In this document: in pieces, positions 15,051 to 17,485 of the stretch
How the letters are laid out: each line of letters opens with the position of its first letter
How positions within the stretch are numbered: the first letter of the stretch is position 1
From: Breznakia blatticola
Lineage (GTDB): Bacteria; Bacillota_I; Bacilli_A; Erysipelotrichales; Erysipelotrichaceae
NCBI RefSeq assembly: GCF_004365815.1
Contig: NZ_SODD01000048.1
Location: 1-17,485, forward strand
Direction: 5' to 3'
Length of the DNA: 17,485 nucleotides
Program-made: the position numbers and the translations under genes
The notes under the pieces: generated by a model
The model's input: only the letters and a program-made list of their open reading frames with translations
Database searches by the model: none
Told to the model about the DNA's origin: nothing

Positions 15051-15097
15051 AAAAAAAGCGAAATTGATCAACAACATGATCGATTTCGCTTTTATAT
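15051..15097. terminator. Bidirectional intrinsic terminator shared by convergent proA and the lipoprotein gene
   Basis: AAAAAA-AGCGAAATTGATCA-ACAACA-TGATCGATTTCGCT-TTT. The stem is 14 bp with one G-U pair, flanked by an A-run on the left and a T-run on the right, so it reads as hairpin plus U-run on both strands. Confidence 0.75.
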
Positions 15098-15100
15098 GTT

Positions 15101-16276
15101 TTAGTAACTTTCGTATGTTTCTGAATATCCGTCGTAATAAACGTATACCTCATCATCACCATCAACTACTGTATAATATGCACCATAGATTGTCCAAGTA
15201 CTTGTATCTAACCCAGCTAGTTCATCACTATCTGATTCAACTTTAATTTCCACTTCTTCACCAGCACCAATTGATCCTTCGTAAGAAATATCTGCATAAT
15301 CAGCGTCGTATTCGTATTCAATTTCAATATCACCTACAGCGTATTTTGAGTTGTTTTTTACTTTTGCTGCAATGAATGTTTTTCCATTTTCTTCAATAAC
15401 TTTTAAATCAGAAACAGCAAGTTCATCAATTTTCACGATTGCATCTTTACTTGCCATACCAAATTCATCTACAGGAACTTCAAAGTCTTTTACATCATTG
15501 ATTTTTGTGACTTTGATATCAAAGTATGCTTCATTGATTTCAATAGAATCCTCTGCTTTGTCTTCATCAAGCATACTTCCCATTTGTTCTTTTAATGCAT
15601 CTAACATTGGTTTTTCTAAATCCATGTAAATACGTGCAAGTTCTCCACCATCTTGGTAGTACTCAACTTCTACAGGAATTTTAAAATCTTCCCCTAACAT
15701 TCCGCTAGCTGCATTGTCGCTTCCCATTGAGCTTGATAATGCGCCAAACATTTCTTCATCGATTTCACCTTTTAATTTGTAGGTTTTCTTACCATCAACT
15801 TCACCAGTTCCATCTTTTTTTAATTTAAAGTCAGTTAAATCTGTAGCATCTGGACCAAGTGTGTCAGCTCCATTTGATGCTGCTTCTTCAACTGTCCAAT
15901 CATCACCATCTTTTTCTTTAGAAGCGGTGTACATTGAACCATCTTCTTCAAACATGTACATTTCCATTGATGTTTTTTCATTCATCCCAAAAGCTTTAAT
16001 TGATACATCTGTTGTTCCGTGTGCTTTGTTGTCTTTTTCGAAATAGTCCATATCCATGTCCATTCCCATTTTGACTGCCACTTTCGAACCATCGATATTA
16101 ACTGCGACATCAATATTCATTTCCATATCTAAATGTCCTGATTCGATATCTTTTGCTTTCTTCGCACCTGTTTCAACAATTTCTTCTGCGCTTGGTCCTG
16201 ACGAACCTGAACATCCTGTCATGATCACAGAGAACATAACTAACATGCTCACTAATAGTAATTTTACTTTTCTCAT
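15101..16276 (-). CDS. Acidic, Met-rich lipoprotein of unknown function
   Basis: 391-aa ORF with a type II signal peptide, MRKVKLLLVSMLVMFSVIMTG|CSGS (lipobox M-T-G-C). The mature protein is visibly rich in D/E and M (HLDMEMNIDV, KMGMDMDMDYF, SMEMYMFEEDGSMY). The C-terminal ~110 aa are beta-rich and very acidic (IEIEYEYDADYADISYEG...DGDDEVYVYYDGYSETYESY). SD AGAGGGA. Confidence 0.8.
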   Translation of the reverse strand: MRKVKLLLVSMLVMFSVIMTGCSGSSGPSAEEIVETGAKKAKDIESGHLDMEMNIDVAVNIDGSKVAVKMGMDMDMDYFEKDNKAHGTTDVSIKAFGMNEKTSMEMYMFEEDGSMYTASKEKDGDDWTVEEAASNGADTLGPDATDLTDFKLKKDGTGEVDGKKTYKLKGEIDEEMFGALSSSMGSDNAASGMLGEDFKIPVEVEYYQDGGELARIYMDLEKPMLDALKEQMGSMLDEDKAEDSIEINEAYFDIKVTKINDVKDFEVPVDEFGMASKDAIVKIDELAVSDLKVIEENGKTFIAAKVKNNSKYAVGDIEIEYEYDADYADISYEGSIGAGEEVEIKVESDSDELAGLDTSTWTIYGAYYTVVDGDDEVYVYYDGYSETYESY

Positions 16277-16345
16277 TTGTTTCCCTCTTTCTTAAACACT
16301 AATTCGTATCAATAATACGATTCTATTATTAGACACTCTATACTT

Positions 16346-16374
16346 ATTTTACACATAGATAGCTAAAATATCAA
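16346..16374 (-). promoter_or_regulatory. Candidate sigma-A promoter for the lipoprotein gene (TTGATA - 17 nt - TAAAAT)
   Basis: Minus strand TTGATATTTTAGCTATCTATGTGTAAAAT. It predicts a ~60-nt 5' UTR containing a small hairpin (TCGTAT-TATTG-ATACGA, 16304-16320). Confidence 0.5.
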
Positions 16375-16387
16375 ATCATCTTTATAC

Positions 16388-16414
16388 AAAAAAGCTGCAT
16401 GATTCTTATGCAGC
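16388..16414 (-). terminator. Intrinsic terminator after the lipid kinase gene
   Basis: Minus strand GCTGCAT-AAGAATC-ATGCAGC (7-bp stem) followed by TTTTTTG. The TAA stop (16406-16408) lies in the loop. Confidence 0.75.
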
Positions 16415-17314
16415 AGTTTCATTCATTTTTGGCAAGTATAGTGTAATTTGTTTTTCTAAGATTTCAATCACAGGATCTTTGACTTTAATTGTCTCACCAT
16501 CCATATTCAATACAACTTCTTTCTTTCCTATAATTTGCATTTTTTTACATCGAAATTCTTTCACAAAATCAAAACTTCGATGTTCACCTGCTTTATATTT
16601 TTTAATCAATGTCATTACACGTAGGCGACTTAATGCATCAATGGTAATCACATCAATAAAACCATCATTAATTTTAGCATCAGGTGTTGGGTGAAATCCG
16701 CCACCATAGTAACTTCCATTTGCCGCAACAATAAAAATATAGTTCTTATAGCCAATATATGTATCATCAATTTTTAATGCTTGATGAAACTTCATCGATG
16801 CTAAGAAACTATTAAATACACTTAAGATATATGCAAATCCACCATTCACAAAAGGTAAGCGTTTAAAACGCGCAACTTTTTGCACAACGCGTGCATCAAA
16901 TCCAACCGATGCAATATTCAAGCACACACGGTTATTGGAATAGATTAGATCACATGGCAAATCTTGACCATCTTTATATCCCTCTAAATTTAAGAAATCA
17001 TCTTTTGAGATTTTCTTGAAGAATTTGATAAAGTCATTTCCAGTACCAATTGGTATTAGAGCTAACTTTGCATTCTTATATTTATACATCCCATTTACTA
17101 CTTCATTTATCGTCCCATCTCCACCACAAGCAAAGATGATCATTTCTTCTTTTGTTGATGCATACATCATTGCAATTTCTGTAGCATGTCCTGGATATCT
17201 TGTATATTCAACAATGAAGTCTGTATCCTTAAAGACACTACGAATTTCATTATCCAATTCGACTTTACTCTTTTCTTTTCCAGCTTCTGGGTTTATGATA
17301 AAGATATATTTCAT
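16406..17314 (-). CDS. Diacylglycerol kinase-family lipid kinase (DagK/YegS/DgkB-like)
   Basis: 302-aa ORF starting MKYIFIINPEAGKEK. Nucleotide-binding signature ACGGDGTINEVVNG, IPIGTGNDF, and a C-terminal beta-sandwich region ending with an MDGE motif (NMDGETIKV). SD AGGAGAA 7 nt upstream. Confidence 0.88.
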   Translation of the reverse strand: MKYIFIINPEAGKEKSKVELDNEIRSVFKDTDFIVEYTRYPGHATEIAMMYASTKEEMIIFACGGDGTINEVVNGMYKYKNAKLALIPIGTGNDFIKFFKKISKDDFLNLEGYKDGQDLPCDLIYSNNRVCLNIASVGFDARVVQKVARFKRLPFVNGGFAYILSVFNSFLASMKFHQALKIDDTYIGYKNYIFIVAANGSYYGGGFHPTPDAKINDGFIDVITIDALSRLRVMTLIKKYKAGEHRSFDFVKEFRCKKMQIIGKKEVVLNMDGETIKVKDPVIEILEKQITLYLPKMNETAA

Positions 17315-17419
17315 GGGTATATTCTCCTGTTATGAAGTGACCATTGTCAAGAGTAAATTTACATTCATAATAACCTTAATTATTAAATTTTCATCAATGG
17401 CACATAAAAGCCCCGAATA

Positions 17420-17485
17420 AACAAGATCTTATCGACAGTTAACCACTCTGTTATTCTAGGATTGGTTACCTCAGGTTAATGGCCT
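17420..17485 (-). ncRNA. Possible 3' portion of RNase P RNA (rnpB), truncated by the window edge
   Basis: Minus strand reads ...GGCCAUUAACCUGAGGUAACCAAUCCUAGAAUAACAGAGUGGUUAACUGUCGAUAAGAUCUUG. By eye this resembles the 3' conserved regions of bacterial RNase P RNA as I remember them (B. subtilis ...AUUGCCGCCUGAGUACGAGGUGAUGAGCC...GGAACAAAACAUGGCUUACAGAACG...; E. coli ...ACAGAACCCGGCUUAUCGGUC...). Only ~65 nt are visible, so this is tentative. Confidence 0.35.

Noticed and set aside
16046-16069. Short tandem-like ATGGAYATGGAY stretch encoding MGMDMDMD in the lipoprotein gene
   Set aside because: It has only about three imperfect 6-nt units. I treat it as a compositional feature of the protein, not a DNA repeat or phase-variation tract.
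17345-17350. Perfect TTGACA -35 hexamer upstream of the lipid kinase gene
   Set aside because: No acceptable -10 sits at 16-18 nt. The position falls on the SD (GGAGAA), and CATAAC is only 10 nt away. I therefore could not support a promoter call.

Overview
AT-rich, gene-dense chromosomal window that looks like a low-GC Bacillota (Firmicutes-type) genome using the standard code. It has strong GGAGG-type Shine-Dalgarno (SD) sites and many hairpin plus T-run terminators. I support 14 intact CDSs. Twelve are on the minus strand, running from about 12.7 kb down to 61: a fused DUF1538-type membrane protein and a tandem PII-like protein; the glmS ribozyme and glmS; a TIGR01906/DUF1461 membrane protein; ilvE-maf; cdaA-cdaR-glmM; and an OmpR-type response regulator with its histidine kinase. 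The window also holds a stand-alone tRNA-Leu(GAG) transcribed divergently from proB-proA, an acidic Met-rich lipoprotein gene convergent with proA, a DagK-family lipid kinase, and at the right edge a possible 3' end of RNase P RNA. I saw no transposase, integrase, CRISPR array or long repeat, so most of the window is housekeeping (cell-envelope precursor and c-di-AMP neighbourhood). The best candidate for an undescribed system is the self-contained two-gene unit at 10.47-12.77 kb. There an internally duplicated polytopic membrane protein is translationally coupled to a protein built from two PII-like domains, one of them degenerate. All family assignments come from reading motifs by eye; no database search was run.
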